A stretch of 52,112 nt of DNA, from assembly GCA_035289165.1 (NCBI GenBank), contig DATDYA010000012.1:1-52112 (forward strand), written 5' to 3'. The position numbers and the translations under genes are program-made. Source of the DNA: Patescibacteria group bacterium. Lineage in GTDB: Bacteria; Patescibacteriota; Patescibacteriia; Magasanikbacterales; GWA2-37-8. Below are positions 1-9,514 of the stretch, one piece after another (position 1 is the first letter of the stretch; every line of letters starts with the position of its first letter). The notes under the pieces are model-generated. The model searched no databases, was not told the DNA's origin, and saw only the letters and a program-made list of their open reading frames with translations.

Positions 1-1
1 T

Positions 2-124
2 TCTTTAGATGGCTACTTTAACCGGCTGAAAGGTTTACTGAATGTCCACCGGGGATTAAGTCCTAAAAGACGGTACCGAATGATTGTGGAAATATTTAAG
101 GGGAAGGGTGATTCTAGGTCCTAA
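2..124 (+). CDS. 3' end of an ORF truncated by the window edge, possibly the C-terminus of an IS1595/ISXO2-like transposase
   Basis: Frame 2 is open from the window edge to TAA at 122-124 (SLDGYFNRLKGLLNVHRGLSPKRRYRMIVEIFKGKGDSRS*). The pattern recalls the C-terminal tail of ISXO2-like transposases, from memory only. A hairpin terminator follows. Confidence 0.3.
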   Translation, partial: SLDGYFNRLKGLLNVHRGLSPKRRYRMIVEIFKGKGDSRS

Positions 125-175
125 TATTTTCTATTTAACCACAAAAAAAGAAACATTAGATTAAATAAGAAAAAC

Positions 176-207
176 AAAAACAGCCCGACAATTTGTCGGG
201 CTGTTTT
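176..207. terminator. bidirectional intrinsic terminator hairpin
   Basis: cagcccgaca-att-tgtcgggctg forms a perfect 10-bp stem (181-203), flanked by an A-run on the left and a T-run on the right. It lies between convergent ORF ends at 124 and 221. Confidence 0.7.
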
Positions 208-220
208 AAAAATAAAATTT

Positions 221-1060
221 TTACTTTTCTATTACCATTCCATCTATCTTAATCTTTCCTGCTTTGTAATTATCGTTTACTGCTAAAACTTTACCAACTT
301 CTTCTTTAAGACTTTGTAGCTCTTCCGGTGTAGAAGCAAATATAATAATAATAAAAGGGTGGTTTGGTGAATCAAATTTCTCACCTAGTCCGTGATGACC
401 TAAGGCAATATTAGCTGCCACTCTTACTTCTTCATTAGTGTATTCAACTGGTAAATATTTTCTTTCTACCACAAAACCCATTGGCAGCCCGACCTCAATA
501 TCTGGGTTAAAACCACCAACAGCATCAAAGTACACCACTCGTGCTGTATGAAAGTCTTTTGGTCGTTCCATCTCTTTAACGTCAATATGACTAGTTTCTA
601 CCTCATGCCCCATTCGACCCATTTCATCGGCAACTTTTATAACCCAGTCTTTGGCACAGGCTTCAATGTCTTCAGCCTTAACGTCTTCTGGCTTCATGCC
701 AGGGTTATCCCGACGATAAGCCAGACCGGCCGCTCCACAACCACCATGGCTGGTTAAATGAGTTATGCCTCGCTCGATGAATAACTCAGCCACTTTTCTA
801 ACTCTTTCTCCTTCGTTGGCCGCCGGATACAAAATACCTGACCCAGCCATACAAAATTTTCCTTCTCCATTGACATCTTTATGAGCCGTGCCCTCATCCA
901 TACACACTACACATTTTAGTTCGGGTAAAAAAGCTCTTTTTAAATCTGGAAACTCGCGCTTAAAATATACACCAGCACCTTCAGAATTTAACATTTCTAT
1001 TTCATCGTCTCCCTCCAACCACGCCGTATCTCTAGACTTTGCTTCGTTTTCATCGTACAT
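221..1060 (-). CDS. hypothetical protein (279 aa)
   Basis: Long ORF with ATG start, followed by the terminator at 181-203. Contains motifs CMDEG and SHGGCGAAG, but I recognise no family. Confidence 0.55.
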   Translation of the reverse strand: MYDENEAKSRDTAWLEGDDEIEMLNSEGAGVYFKREFPDLKRAFLPELKCVVCMDEGTAHKDVNGEGKFCMAGSGILYPAANEGERVRKVAELFIERGITHLTSHGGCGAAGLAYRRDNPGMKPEDVKAEDIEACAKDWVIKVADEMGRMGHEVETSHIDVKEMERPKDFHTARVVYFDAVGGFNPDIEVGLPMGFVVERKYLPVEYTNEEVRVAANIALGHHGLGEKFDSPNHPFIIIIFASTPEELQSLKEEVGKVLAVNDNYKAGKIKIDGMVIEK

Positions 1061-1290
1061 AAATTTTAAATTTAAAAATAAATTAGACCTAAATATTTAA
1101 ACAAATTTTCGAATATTTGTCAATGTTCGACATAACAAAAAATATTTTATAAATTTTATTTACCTGTGCATAACTTTACTTGACGCTATTCCCTTTTTCT
1201 ACAGATGTATTATAATATCTATAGGTCGATAGAAATTTTTTTACATCAATGCTTGTGTGTAAAAAAAATATTCTTCATAAAAATTTTATT

Positions 1291-1304
1291 CTCGCGATCG
1301 CGAG
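1291..1304. promoter_or_regulatory. perfect 14-bp palindrome CTCGCGATCGCGAG, a candidate operator upstream of the small basic ORF
   Basis: Read directly. A GC-rich palindrome inside an otherwise very AT-rich intergenic region, 60 nt upstream of the ATG at 1364. Confidence 0.3.
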
Positions 1305-1363
1305 TAGAAAATATTTCTCATTCATTGCTCACTCGAGAATGAATTTGAAAGGGGGTGACACTT

Positions 1364-1477
1364 ATGCCAGCTAAAAAACGCAAAGTGGCCAAGAAGAGAG
1401 CTGCTCCTAAGAAAAGAAAAGTAGCCAAGAGAAAAGCCGCTCCAAAGAAACGCAAGGCCGCTAAGAAGAGAAAATAA
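1364..1477 (+). CDS. 37-aa poly-basic (K/R/A/P) peptide, histone-H1-tail-like; below the ORF-track length cut-off
   Basis: ATG 1364 to TAA 1475-1477 gives MPAKKRKVAKKRAAPKKRKVAKRKAAPKKRKAAKKRK. The SD GGGGGTGA ends 5 nt before the ATG. An intrinsic terminator lies immediately downstream. Confidence 0.6.
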   Translation: MPAKKRKVAKKRAAPKKRKVAKRKAAPKKRKAAKKRK

Positions 1478-1493
1478 TACTTCTCTAAATTAA

Positions 1494-1521
1494 AAGTCCT
1501 CCGTCTAGGAGGGCTTTTTTT
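1494..1521 (+). terminator. intrinsic terminator after the small basic ORF
   Basis: 9-bp stem (aagtcctcc / ggagggctt) with loop gtcta, followed by a run of T. It can also serve the convergent minus-strand gene ending at 1541. Confidence 0.7.
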
Positions 1522-1540
1522 GTTTTCATTAAGCCAAAAA

Positions 1541-2803
1541 CTAAAGTAAGGATTTTTGTTTCCCCCGCTCTTTTTCTATTTCAACTTCTATCTGCCCAAA
1601 TTCTCCATCATAGCCAGGGATAATTTTTGTTTTCCCTTCCCGCATGTTTTTAATTGCTTCACCAATTTCTAAATAATTACTAACTTTTTCTATTTCTTCT
1701 GTTTCAACATGTAACAAAATATTAAATTCGCTACCAAAATGTTTAATCAGATGATTATATTCACTCACAACTTTCTTACTTTTTGTTCCCACACCTAATA
1801 CTGAAGACAATATTTCACTTAAAGGAATAATATACCGATGAGGAATAAATTTATTTGAATCAATATCTTTTTCTTCTCGATCCGCTAAATCATCCACGCG
1901 ATGTAAAACACCAATGGTTAACTCTTTATGACAAACGGGACAAATATTTTTCAATTTCTTGGTTTCTTTCGGGTTTAAGCTTATTTTACAATCCCGATGA
2001 CCGTCGTAATGGTACTTACCTTCTTCCGGATAAAATTCTATTGTATACAAAAAACTCTTTTTGTCTCCACTTTTTATTATCTCCGTAATCTTTGTATAAT
2101 TTACCTCCTTTTCATCTTTAAAACCAAAAACATTAGCTTCCCGGCCTAGTTTATCTAGGCTGTGGGCATCGGAATTAGAGACTAAAACTATATTATCTAG
2201 TGCACTTAAACGCCGATTCATAACCGGATCACTAGATAGTCCGGTTTCTATGGCTCTAATGTGAGGCGTTAACTCCTCAAAACAATCTTCAAGGCGGTCA
2301 TAGCCGCTTTTCGACCCGAAAACCGCAAACCAGGGTGTCCAGGCGTGCGCTGGGATCATCATAAACCTGGGGTCTATCTCTAACATTATTTTTAACAGCT
2401 CTTTAGCCGGCAACCCCATAATCGGCCGACCATCCGAACGGATATTTACCCCACGGTCTTCTAATGCCTGGTTTAGTTTAGCGACCGCCTTTAGATTGGG
2501 GGCAAGCAAAACCAAATGTAAGCGCCTGGTCGCCTCTTTATGTTTATATATACAAGACACTTCCGTGCCTAAGATAAACCTCGTTGGTGAGTCTAAATCT
2601 TTCAATTTATACAATCCTTCCGCAACTTCTACCAGACTCTCCTCAATATGTCGAAACCAGGCCGGGTGAGTAAAGTCCCCGGTCGCCACAATGTCTATCC
2701 CTTTGGTCTCACAGGCTTTCGCAATTTTTGGCAACTCTAAATCCTTCGAACAAGCGCGCGAATAACGAGAATGGATATGGAGATCGAGGATTTTTTCTAA
2801 CAT
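1541..2803 (-). CDS. PHP-domain endonuclease Q (EndoQ) family protein
   Basis: N-terminal PHP motif LDLHIHSRYS, later SNSDAHS, and a C-terminal zinc-finger-like CPVCHKELTIGVLHRVDDLA. Length of 420 aa fits EndoQ. Confidence 0.65.
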   Translation of the reverse strand: MLEKILDLHIHSRYSRACSKDLELPKIAKACETKGIDIVATGDFTHPAWFRHIEESLVEVAEGLYKLKDLDSPTRFILGTEVSCIYKHKEATRRLHLVLLAPNLKAVAKLNQALEDRGVNIRSDGRPIMGLPAKELLKIMLEIDPRFMMIPAHAWTPWFAVFGSKSGYDRLEDCFEELTPHIRAIETGLSSDPVMNRRLSALDNIVLVSNSDAHSLDKLGREANVFGFKDEKEVNYTKITEIIKSGDKKSFLYTIEFYPEEGKYHYDGHRDCKISLNPKETKKLKNICPVCHKELTIGVLHRVDDLADREEKDIDSNKFIPHRYIIPLSEILSSVLGVGTKSKKVVSEYNHLIKHFGSEFNILLHVETEEIEKVSNYLEIGEAIKNMREGKTKIIPGYDGEFGQIEVEIEKERGKQKSLL

Positions 2804-2805
2804 AA

Positions 2806-3219
2806 CTAATTTTTTTCAAAAAATACCTCCAGCCTTAAACCGTCTGGGTCAGTAAAAAATACCGCATAATAAATTTCGTCGCCATAATCCGGATAATTCT
2901 GCGGCGGCTCAGTAACTATAACTTTATTTTCCAGCAGATGTTTATAAAAACGATCGACTTTCTCTTTACTGTCCGTAGAAATAGCCAGGTGGTGCAAACC
3001 AATACGATAACGATTAAATGTATCATTGGAAAATTCTTTGTGTCCCTGAAAAATAGCTAGATACAAAGGAAAACTGTCAATGCCAAAATACATTTTTTCT
3101 TCATCTTCAAAAGCTAGTTCAAAATTAAAAAAACTAAATACCTTCTTATACCACGTCTTTGACTTTACTAAATCTTTAACTGTCAGAACAATGTGGCCTT
3201 TTGGGTTATGCTCGTTCAT
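2806..3219 (-). CDS. VOC (glyoxalase/bleomycin-resistance/dioxygenase) family protein
   Basis: 137 aa. Beta-alpha-beta-beta-beta style motifs (GLHHLAI, DPDGLRLEVF) typical of VOC proteins. Confidence 0.6.
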   Translation of the reverse strand: MNEHNPKGHIVLTVKDLVKSKTWYKKVFSFFNFELAFEDEEKMYFGIDSFPLYLAIFQGHKEFSNDTFNRYRIGLHHLAISTDSKEKVDRFYKHLLENKVIVTEPPQNYPDYGDEIYYAVFFTDPDGLRLEVFFEKN

Positions 3220-3224
3220 ATATA

Positions 3225-3875
3225 TTAATGCCAGGCAGGATTAAACGACAGATTTTTTCTTTCTTTAGTGGTAGCTGTCTCAAACTCTAGATTGACTGCC
3301 GCTAGGGCAATTACCCCCGTTCTCCAAGTTTCTTTCGCCCCATATTTCTTATCCCCCACGATTGGGTGCCCAATATGGGATAACTGGGAACGAATCTGGT
3401 GTGGCCGGCCAGTTTTTAGGTTTATTTTTAAAAGCGTATTACCTTCTACTTCTTTAATCTTCTCATAATCTAACTCCGCTCGCAAACTATCCGGAACATC
3501 CTGATCAAATACCTGAACAACATTTTTTTGCTCGTCTTTTATCAAAAAGTTAACTAGGGTATCTCGTGTTTTTTTTACCTTCCCCTCGACTAAAGCCTCA
3601 TAGGTCTTTTTCACTTCATGGTTTCTAAACTGCTCACTCAATCGCGAGGCTCCTTTACTGGTTTTAGCAAATAAAACTATACCTTCTACTCCCCGATCTA
3701 AACGATGAAGTAATCCAAGAAAAACATTCCCCTTTTTGGCATATTTTTCCTTTAAATAACCCCTTACCACATCCATTAGACTTTGATCTCCCGTTGCATC
3801 CCCTTGTACTAAAACACCAGCTGGTTTGTAGACCGCGATTAAATGGTTGTCTTCATATAAAACTTTTAACGTCAT
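3225..3875 (-). CDS. RluA-family pseudouridine synthase
   Basis: Motifs KPAGVLV, HRLDRGVEGIVLFAKT and GRPHQIRSQLSHIGHPIVGDKKYG. I place the start at MTLKVLYEDNH (3875), which forms an ATGA overlap with the upstream stop at 3872-3874. Confidence 0.8.
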   Translation of the reverse strand: MTLKVLYEDNHLIAVYKPAGVLVQGDATGDQSLMDVVRGYLKEKYAKKGNVFLGLLHRLDRGVEGIVLFAKTSKGASRLSEQFRNHEVKKTYEALVEGKVKKTRDTLVNFLIKDEQKNVVQVFDQDVPDSLRAELDYEKIKEVEGNTLLKINLKTGRPHQIRSQLSHIGHPIVGDKKYGAKETWRTGVIALAAVNLEFETATTKERKNLSFNPAWH

Positions 3876-4750
3876 ACCTTGGCGCCCCAGCGGGCAAAAA
3901 TACCACATGGCAAAAGACGTTTTCCTTTACTTTCTTCGATCGTCAATTCCCCTATTTCTATTTGCCCTCCGCGATTTTTAAAATAACTTTCAAGATTGTT
4001 GGCGTAAGCAATCGCCGAATATCCCGAGGCATATCCATTCAGCAAGAAAAACAACGGTTCGGGAGACAATACTTCTTGGCACAAATCCATCAGTTCCAAA
4101 AAGTGATCCTCAATCTTCCAGAGTTCCTTATTCGGCCCATGTCCAAAAGCTGGCGGATCTAAAATTACCCCATCATAACGACGCCCACGTTTAATTTCAC
4201 GTTTTACATAGACGCGCGCATCATCCAAAATCCACCGTATTGGCTTGCCTTCGAGCCCAGACAAAGCGGCGTTGTCTCTTGCCCAGCCAATCGCCACTTT
4301 TGAGCCATCCACATGACAAACCTCGGCTCCAGCCTTAGCGGCGGCTAGCGTCGCGCCACCAGTATAGCCAAAAAGGTTTAAAACCGAAACTTTTCTTTTG
4401 GCTCCAATAATTTTCTTCAGCACCCACTCCCAATTTCCTACTTGTTCCGGGAATACTCCAGTGTGTTTAAAGGCTGAAGGTCTAATCCAAAATTTAAGGC
4501 CAGCTAACTCAATTGGCCAACGCTCTGGTACCTCCTTTTTTACCTGCCAACCAGATTTTTCTGCTTCCCGACGAAAAAAGGCGTCAACATTATTCCAATC
4601 TTTGTCTCCTAAACTTTTTTTCCAAAGCGCTTGAGGATCGGGACGAGATAAAACCACGTTTCCGTAACGCTCCATTTTCTCACCCAAACCGCTGTCTATT
4701 AATTCAAAGTCTTGGCTCGGTTTAGTTGTTAAAACCGTTAATTCGTTCAT
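3872..4750 (-). CDS. class I SAM-dependent methyltransferase (RlmI-like catalytic domain, probably rRNA)
   Basis: SAM-binding LNLFGYTGGATLAAAKAGAEVCHVDGS and the catalytic-type ILDPPAFG motif. Confidence 0.7.
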   Translation of the reverse strand: MNELTVLTTKPSQDFELIDSGLGEKMERYGNVVLSRPDPQALWKKSLGDKDWNNVDAFFRREAEKSGWQVKKEVPERWPIELAGLKFWIRPSAFKHTGVFPEQVGNWEWVLKKIIGAKRKVSVLNLFGYTGGATLAAAKAGAEVCHVDGSKVAIGWARDNAALSGLEGKPIRWILDDARVYVKREIKRGRRYDGVILDPPAFGHGPNKELWKIEDHFLELMDLCQEVLSPEPLFFLLNGYASGYSAIAYANNLESYFKNRGGQIEIGELTIEESKGKRLLPCGIFARWGAKV

Positions 4751-5877
4751 ATATTTTGGATTGCTTTAGAGATTACTTTACTCACCTCTTTGTCTAAAGG
4801 ATTAGGCAAAATTTTGTCCCGACTTAAATCTGTTACATATTCCGCCAAAGCTCGAGCGGCTCTAAGTTTCATTTCCACGGTTAAAGACTTAATCTTTCCA
4901 TCCAAAAGACCGCGAAAAATACCAGGAAACGAAAGTACGTTATTCACCTGATTAGGAAAATCACTGCGGCCGCTAGCGACAATGTAAGCACCGGAATCTC
5001 GGGCTAAATCCGGCATAATTTCTGGTGTCGGATTAGCGAGTGCCATAACAATCGACTTCTCACCCATGCTTTTAACCATCTCGCCTGAGACGACGTTTCC
5101 CTTACTAACTCCAATAAACACATCTGCCCCGATCATCGCTACAATCAAGCCTCCGGTACGTTTATCTGGATTAGTTATTTTAGCTAAATCTTTTTTTACA
5201 TCATTTAGATCACCCCGACCATCATAAACAATACCTTTTGAATCTACTAGATAAAGATTTTTTACACCACCAGCCATCAAAAGTTTGGTTATAGCCACCC
5301 CGGCCGCTCCCACCCCGTTTACTACTACGCGTATTTCTTCGATTTTCTTGTCGACTAACTCCAAAGCGTTTAAAATCGCCGCCAAAACCACCACTGCCGT
5401 CCCGTGTTGATCATCATGAAAAACTGGAATATCTAACATCTTATCTAGCCTTTCTTCAATTTCAAAACATCTGGGCGCCGAAATATCTTCCAAGTGTATT
5501 CCACCAAACATTGGTGAAATAAGTTCGACTGTTCGAATGATCTCCTCTGTGTCTTGAGTTTTTAAAGCGATTGGCACAGCGTCGACATCGGAAAATTCTT
5601 TATATAAAATACATTTACCTTCCATAACCGGCAGACTCGCTTCTGGGCCGATATTACCCAAGCCCAAAACCGCACTACCATCAGTTACGACCGCCACCAA
5701 ATTATTTTTACGAGTTAAATCATAGACCCGAGCGGGATTTTCGACAATGGCCTCGCAAACCTTGGCCACTCCCGGGGTGTACGCCAAACTTAAATCCTCG
5801 CGTGTTGCGAGTTTGGCGCGAGATTTTATCTCAAACTTTCCTCTTAATTCTTCGTGATAAATAATTGGATCCATCAT
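4747..5877 (-). CDS. NAD(P)-dependent malic enzyme (short form)
   Basis: Motifs LAYTPGVA, FHDDQHGTAVVVLAA and NGVGAAGVA. Length of 376 aa. Confidence 0.85.
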   Translation of the reverse strand: MMDPIIYHEELRGKFEIKSRAKLATREDLSLAYTPGVAKVCEAIVENPARVYDLTRKNNLVAVVTDGSAVLGLGNIGPEASLPVMEGKCILYKEFSDVDAVPIALKTQDTEEIIRTVELISPMFGGIHLEDISAPRCFEIEERLDKMLDIPVFHDDQHGTAVVVLAAILNALELVDKKIEEIRVVVNGVGAAGVAITKLLMAGGVKNLYLVDSKGIVYDGRGDLNDVKKDLAKITNPDKRTGGLIVAMIGADVFIGVSKGNVVSGEMVKSMGEKSIVMALANPTPEIMPDLARDSGAYIVASGRSDFPNQVNNVLSFPGIFRGLLDGKIKSLTVEMKLRAARALAEYVTDLSRDKILPNPLDKEVSKVISKAIQNI

Positions 5878-6209
5878 AATAAATTAATTCTAAATTCTAA
5901 ACCGTAATTTTTAAATCCTAATTCTTCATACCATTTGTGTAGTTTGTCTCGGCCATGACGACTAGTTCCAACCAACTTATAACAACCTTGTTTTTTAGCT
6001 TCCTCAATCATCTCTTTTATAATCTCTCCTCCCAACCCCTGCCCCCGATAGGCCTCGTCCACAACTAAATACTCCAAGAAACCAAACGGTTCTTCGTGAT
6101 AATCATTTTTTAAGATATATAAATAAGCGCTACCGATTTCTTTATCATTGTCTCGAAGTACAAAGCGTATTGCTTTTCCAAAATCTTTTTCTTCCTTTAC
6201 TACGTGCAT
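5874..6209 (-). CDS. GNAT family N-acetyltransferase
   Basis: Acetyl-CoA motif VVDEAYRGQGLGGEIIKEMIEEAKKQG. Confidence 0.75.
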   Translation of the reverse strand: MHVVKEEKDFGKAIRFVLRDNDKEIGSAYLYILKNDYHEEPFGFLEYLVVDEAYRGQGLGGEIIKEMIEEAKKQGCYKLVGTSRHGRDKLHKWYEELGFKNYGLEFRINLL

Positions 6210-6210
6210 A

Positions 6211-7209
6211 TTATTTTAAAGACTTTTTAAAATATTCACCTAATCTATCACTACAAAGTCCTCCACCAGTTCTTTCATAATCGACACCGACCACTTTCCG
6301 ATCTTTCAAATTATCTAAATCAATTTTAAACACCCCCCATCCTTTGCGGCGATACATTGCTTTTTCTCCTCTTGTTAGTTCGTGACTATTATAAACTACT
6401 AGATCTACCGACCGCGGCAAATACTCTTCTAAAACTTTGACCATTTCACTTAAATTATCTGGCCCATGCTCACCATCTACCGGGTGGGCATTGCCCGCAT
6501 TAAAGATAATTTTGGCTTTAGACCTTTTGATCGCCTCTTTTACACCCTTCGGCAACAAGGAAGCTATTAAACTTGTAAACAGCTCTCCCGGGCCAATAAC
6601 TATATATTCAGCCTCTAAAATTGCCTGGCGCGCTCCGGGATAAATCTGTCCATCCGGCTCAAGCCAAACCTTTTTTATCTTTAATTCTTTTGGATAAGTC
6701 GGGTCACTTAAATTTATTTCACCTTTGACTATTTTACCACTGCTCAACATGCCAACCAAATATGTCTGTTCGAGCGTGGCGGGATAAGCGTGACCAACTG
6801 ATTCTAAAACCTCTTCTAGGGCTCGGAGGGACCTAACGAAGTCGCCTTCCTCTAAAGCGACGAGGGTGATAAACAAATTACCGATGTTCGGTCCGCGCTT
6901 CGCTTTTAATTTTTTATTGATGTTAGTTAAACCACTTATTCTATTTTTGTAGAATATCCGCTTTAAAAGCGGATAAGAATATTTTGACATCGCCAAGACT
7001 GCTCGCATTATATCTCCTGGTGGTAGCACTTTGAAATATTTTCTTAAGGCCCCGGTTGATCCGCCGTCATCGCTCATTGTAGTAACCGAAGAAATATCAA
7101 AACTTACTGAATGGTTTTTCAGAGCGACCAAGGAAACCGCCGCACCATTCCCTCCACCCATGACAACAACTTTCTTTTTCATATTTTTAATTTTATTCGA
7201 CAGTAACAC
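6211..7209 (-). CDS. YvcK/CofD-family (gluconeogenesis-factor-like) protein
   Basis: Motifs VVVMGGGNGAAV and TTMSDDGGSTGALR. The track start at 7209 is a GTG that overlaps glmS. The ATG at 7182 (MKKKVVVMGGG) is an equally plausible start. Confidence 0.8.
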   Translation of the reverse strand: MLLSNKIKNMKKKVVVMGGGNGAAVSLVALKNHSVSFDISSVTTMSDDGGSTGALRKYFKVLPPGDIMRAVLAMSKYSYPLLKRIFYKNRISGLTNINKKLKAKRGPNIGNLFITLVALEEGDFVRSLRALEEVLESVGHAYPATLEQTYLVGMLSSGKIVKGEINLSDPTYPKELKIKKVWLEPDGQIYPGARQAILEAEYIVIGPGELFTSLIASLLPKGVKEAIKRSKAKIIFNAGNAHPVDGEHGPDNLSEMVKVLEEYLPRSVDLVVYNSHELTRGEKAMYRRKGWGVFKIDLDNLKDRKVVGVDYERTGGGLCSDRLGEYFKKSLK

Positions 7210-9019
7210 TTTTAGCTAAATTCCTAGGCCGATCAACATCCCGGCCCAAATCGAGAGCGACATGGTAGGCTAATAATTGAAGCGGTAAAGTGTTCAGAAG
7301 CGGTTCTAAAATTTCCATGGTTGGTGGAACATATATAACTTGATCCGCCAACTTAACTGCTTCTTGGTCGCCTTCGGTTACAATCAAAATAATCTTTGCC
7401 CCCCGTGCTTTGACTTCCTCGACATTGCTTCGCATTTTATCATAAAGCTGGTTCTTAGTCATAATTGCTATCACCGGAAAATCCTTTGATAAAAGTGCAA
7501 TCGGACCATGCTTCATTTCTCCACCCGGGTAGGCCTCACTATGAATGTAAGAAATCTCTTTTAATTTCAATGAACCTTCCAGAGCAACCGGGTAGTTTAT
7601 CCCCCGACCAAGATAATAACAATTATGGTATTCTTTTAATTCTAGCGCAATATTTTTTATGGCCTCTTTGTTATCTTGCAAAACCTGCCTCATTTTACCG
7701 GGTATCTCTAGCAGAGCTTTTAAAACTCTTTCTCCGGTAGCTAAAGAAATCTTGTTTAAACGTCCAAACTGCAGGGCATACAAAACAAGAATAGCCACCA
7801 TATTAGTATAAGCCTTGGTTGAAGCCACCGCTAGTTCCGGCCCCGCATGAATATATGTTCCCCCATCGGTTTCTCGAGCGATCGTCGAGCCCACGACATT
7901 CACAATACCTCGCACAAACGCCCCGCGGCGCTTGGCTTCTCGGAGGGCGGCGAGAGTATCCGCCGTTTCACCAGATTGAGAAATACCAAATACCAATGTC
8001 TCACGATCGATAATCGGATCGCGATAACGAAATTCGCTGGCGACTTCCACCTCAACTGGTATTCCGGCCAATCTTTCAAAAGCATACTTACCAACCATGG
8101 CCGCATAGCTCGCCGTACCACAGGCGATTAAATATATTTTTTTAATCTGCCGCATCTCTGCTTCAGTCATATTTAAACCACCTAGATGCGCCGTTCCTTC
8201 TGCTAAGTTGTACCGACCACGGATAGCATCTTCCAGTACTGCTGGCTGGTCATATATTTCTTTTAGCATAAAATTCTCGTAACCTTGTTTTTCTGCTTCC
8301 TTTTCATCCCAATCAATTGACTCAACACTTTTATCTATGACTTTAAAATCTAGATTATAAATATTGTGTCCAGCGCCGGTTATTTCGGCTACCTCTCCAT
8401 CATCTAAAAAGATAACCTGGTTGGTATAAGCTAACATCGCCGCTGGGTCGGAAGCAATGTAATACTCACCATGATCTAAGCCAATAGCTAGTGGACTGCC
8501 CAGACGCGCGGCGATTAAACGATTTGGTTCTTTGGCATGAATCGCTACCAACCCATAGGTCCCTCTTACCTCTTTCAAAGCCTCTTTAACTGCAGTCAAA
8601 AGATTACCTTTATAGAACACTTCAATTAAATGCGCCAGGACTTCCGTATCGGTTTCCGAAGTTATATTATGCCCCCGTAAAAACTTCTCCTTAATCTCCC
8701 GATAATTTTCAACGATCCCATTGTGCACAATTGTTAAATCTCCGGTACAATCGCTATGCGGATGGGCGTTATTTTCCGTCACTCCCCCATGTGTCGCCCA
8801 ACGAGTATGGGCGATGCCGACACTACCAACCAGATTATAATTTTTTAATTTTTCTTCTAGATTAATAATTTTACCAACTGAACGAACCCGGGTTATTTTT
8901 CCGGCGTCTAACAAAGCCACACCCGCCGAATCATAACCACGGTATTCTAGACGCTTCAAACCGCGAAGTAATATTGGCAAAGCTGGTTGTCCTCCAAGGT
9001 AGGCAACTATTCCACACAT
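7193..9019 (-). CDS. glmS: glutamine--fructose-6-phosphate aminotransferase
   Basis: N-terminal MCGIVAY nucleophile, two SIS domains and a C-terminal KSVTVE. 608 aa. Confidence 0.95.
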   Translation of the reverse strand: MCGIVAYLGGQPALPILLRGLKRLEYRGYDSAGVALLDAGKITRVRSVGKIINLEEKLKNYNLVGSVGIAHTRWATHGGVTENNAHPHSDCTGDLTIVHNGIVENYREIKEKFLRGHNITSETDTEVLAHLIEVFYKGNLLTAVKEALKEVRGTYGLVAIHAKEPNRLIAARLGSPLAIGLDHGEYYIASDPAAMLAYTNQVIFLDDGEVAEITGAGHNIYNLDFKVIDKSVESIDWDEKEAEKQGYENFMLKEIYDQPAVLEDAIRGRYNLAEGTAHLGGLNMTEAEMRQIKKIYLIACGTASYAAMVGKYAFERLAGIPVEVEVASEFRYRDPIIDRETLVFGISQSGETADTLAALREAKRRGAFVRGIVNVVGSTIARETDGGTYIHAGPELAVASTKAYTNMVAILVLYALQFGRLNKISLATGERVLKALLEIPGKMRQVLQDNKEAIKNIALELKEYHNCYYLGRGINYPVALEGSLKLKEISYIHSEAYPGGEMKHGPIALLSKDFPVIAIMTKNQLYDKMRSNVEEVKARGAKIILIVTEGDQEAVKLADQVIYVPPTMEILEPLLNTLPLQLLAYHVALDLGRDVDRPRNLAKSVTVE

Positions 9020-9025
9020 ATTAGT

Positions 9026-9511
9026 CTATTTTACCTTTAATCCAATTTTAAAAGCCTTTAAATTTTGTGGCCAGTTTGGTTTTGAAGAAAATTTGGCCAA
9101 AAGTAATTTTTCTATATCCTTAACCTTAACTACTCTTTCGCCTAGAATCTCGACCAAAACACCTAGCATAAATAAATTTAAACTAGTGGCCAACACCCCT
9201 TCTTTAGATAACAATTCTTGGTAGTCCTTAAATCTTAATATCTTAACACCTTTTTTCTGGTAATCTTTGGTCCGGGCATCAGCTTGTTCAGACATTATGA
9301 CCAGTAAATCCGGAGTTTGAAACTTGGGATAAACGATCATTTCGGAAGATATTTTCAGGTAAGACAACGACACCCCGCCACGCTGTTCTAAGCCGTAGTT
9401 AGGGATAACCGAAACAAATTTTTCATTGCCAAAAGCCGCTTGGCCAATAATGTCAGCGATGGTTTGCACTCCTTGCCCCCCGTCTCCGGCGATAAGAATT
9501 TTTGTAGTCAT
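9026..9511 (-). CDS. 2-oxoacid:ferredoxin oxidoreductase, gamma subunit
   Basis: ILIAGDGGQGVQTIADIIGQAA motif. Lies in an operon with the alpha and beta subunits. Confidence 0.75.
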   Translation of the reverse strand: MTTKILIAGDGGQGVQTIADIIGQAAFGNEKFVSVIPNYGLEQRGGVSLSYLKISSEMIVYPKFQTPDLLVIMSEQADARTKDYQKKGVKILRFKDYQELLSKEGVLATSLNLFMLGVLVEILGERVVKVKDIEKLLLAKFSSKPNWPQNLKAFKIGLKVK

Positions 9512-9514
9512 AAT

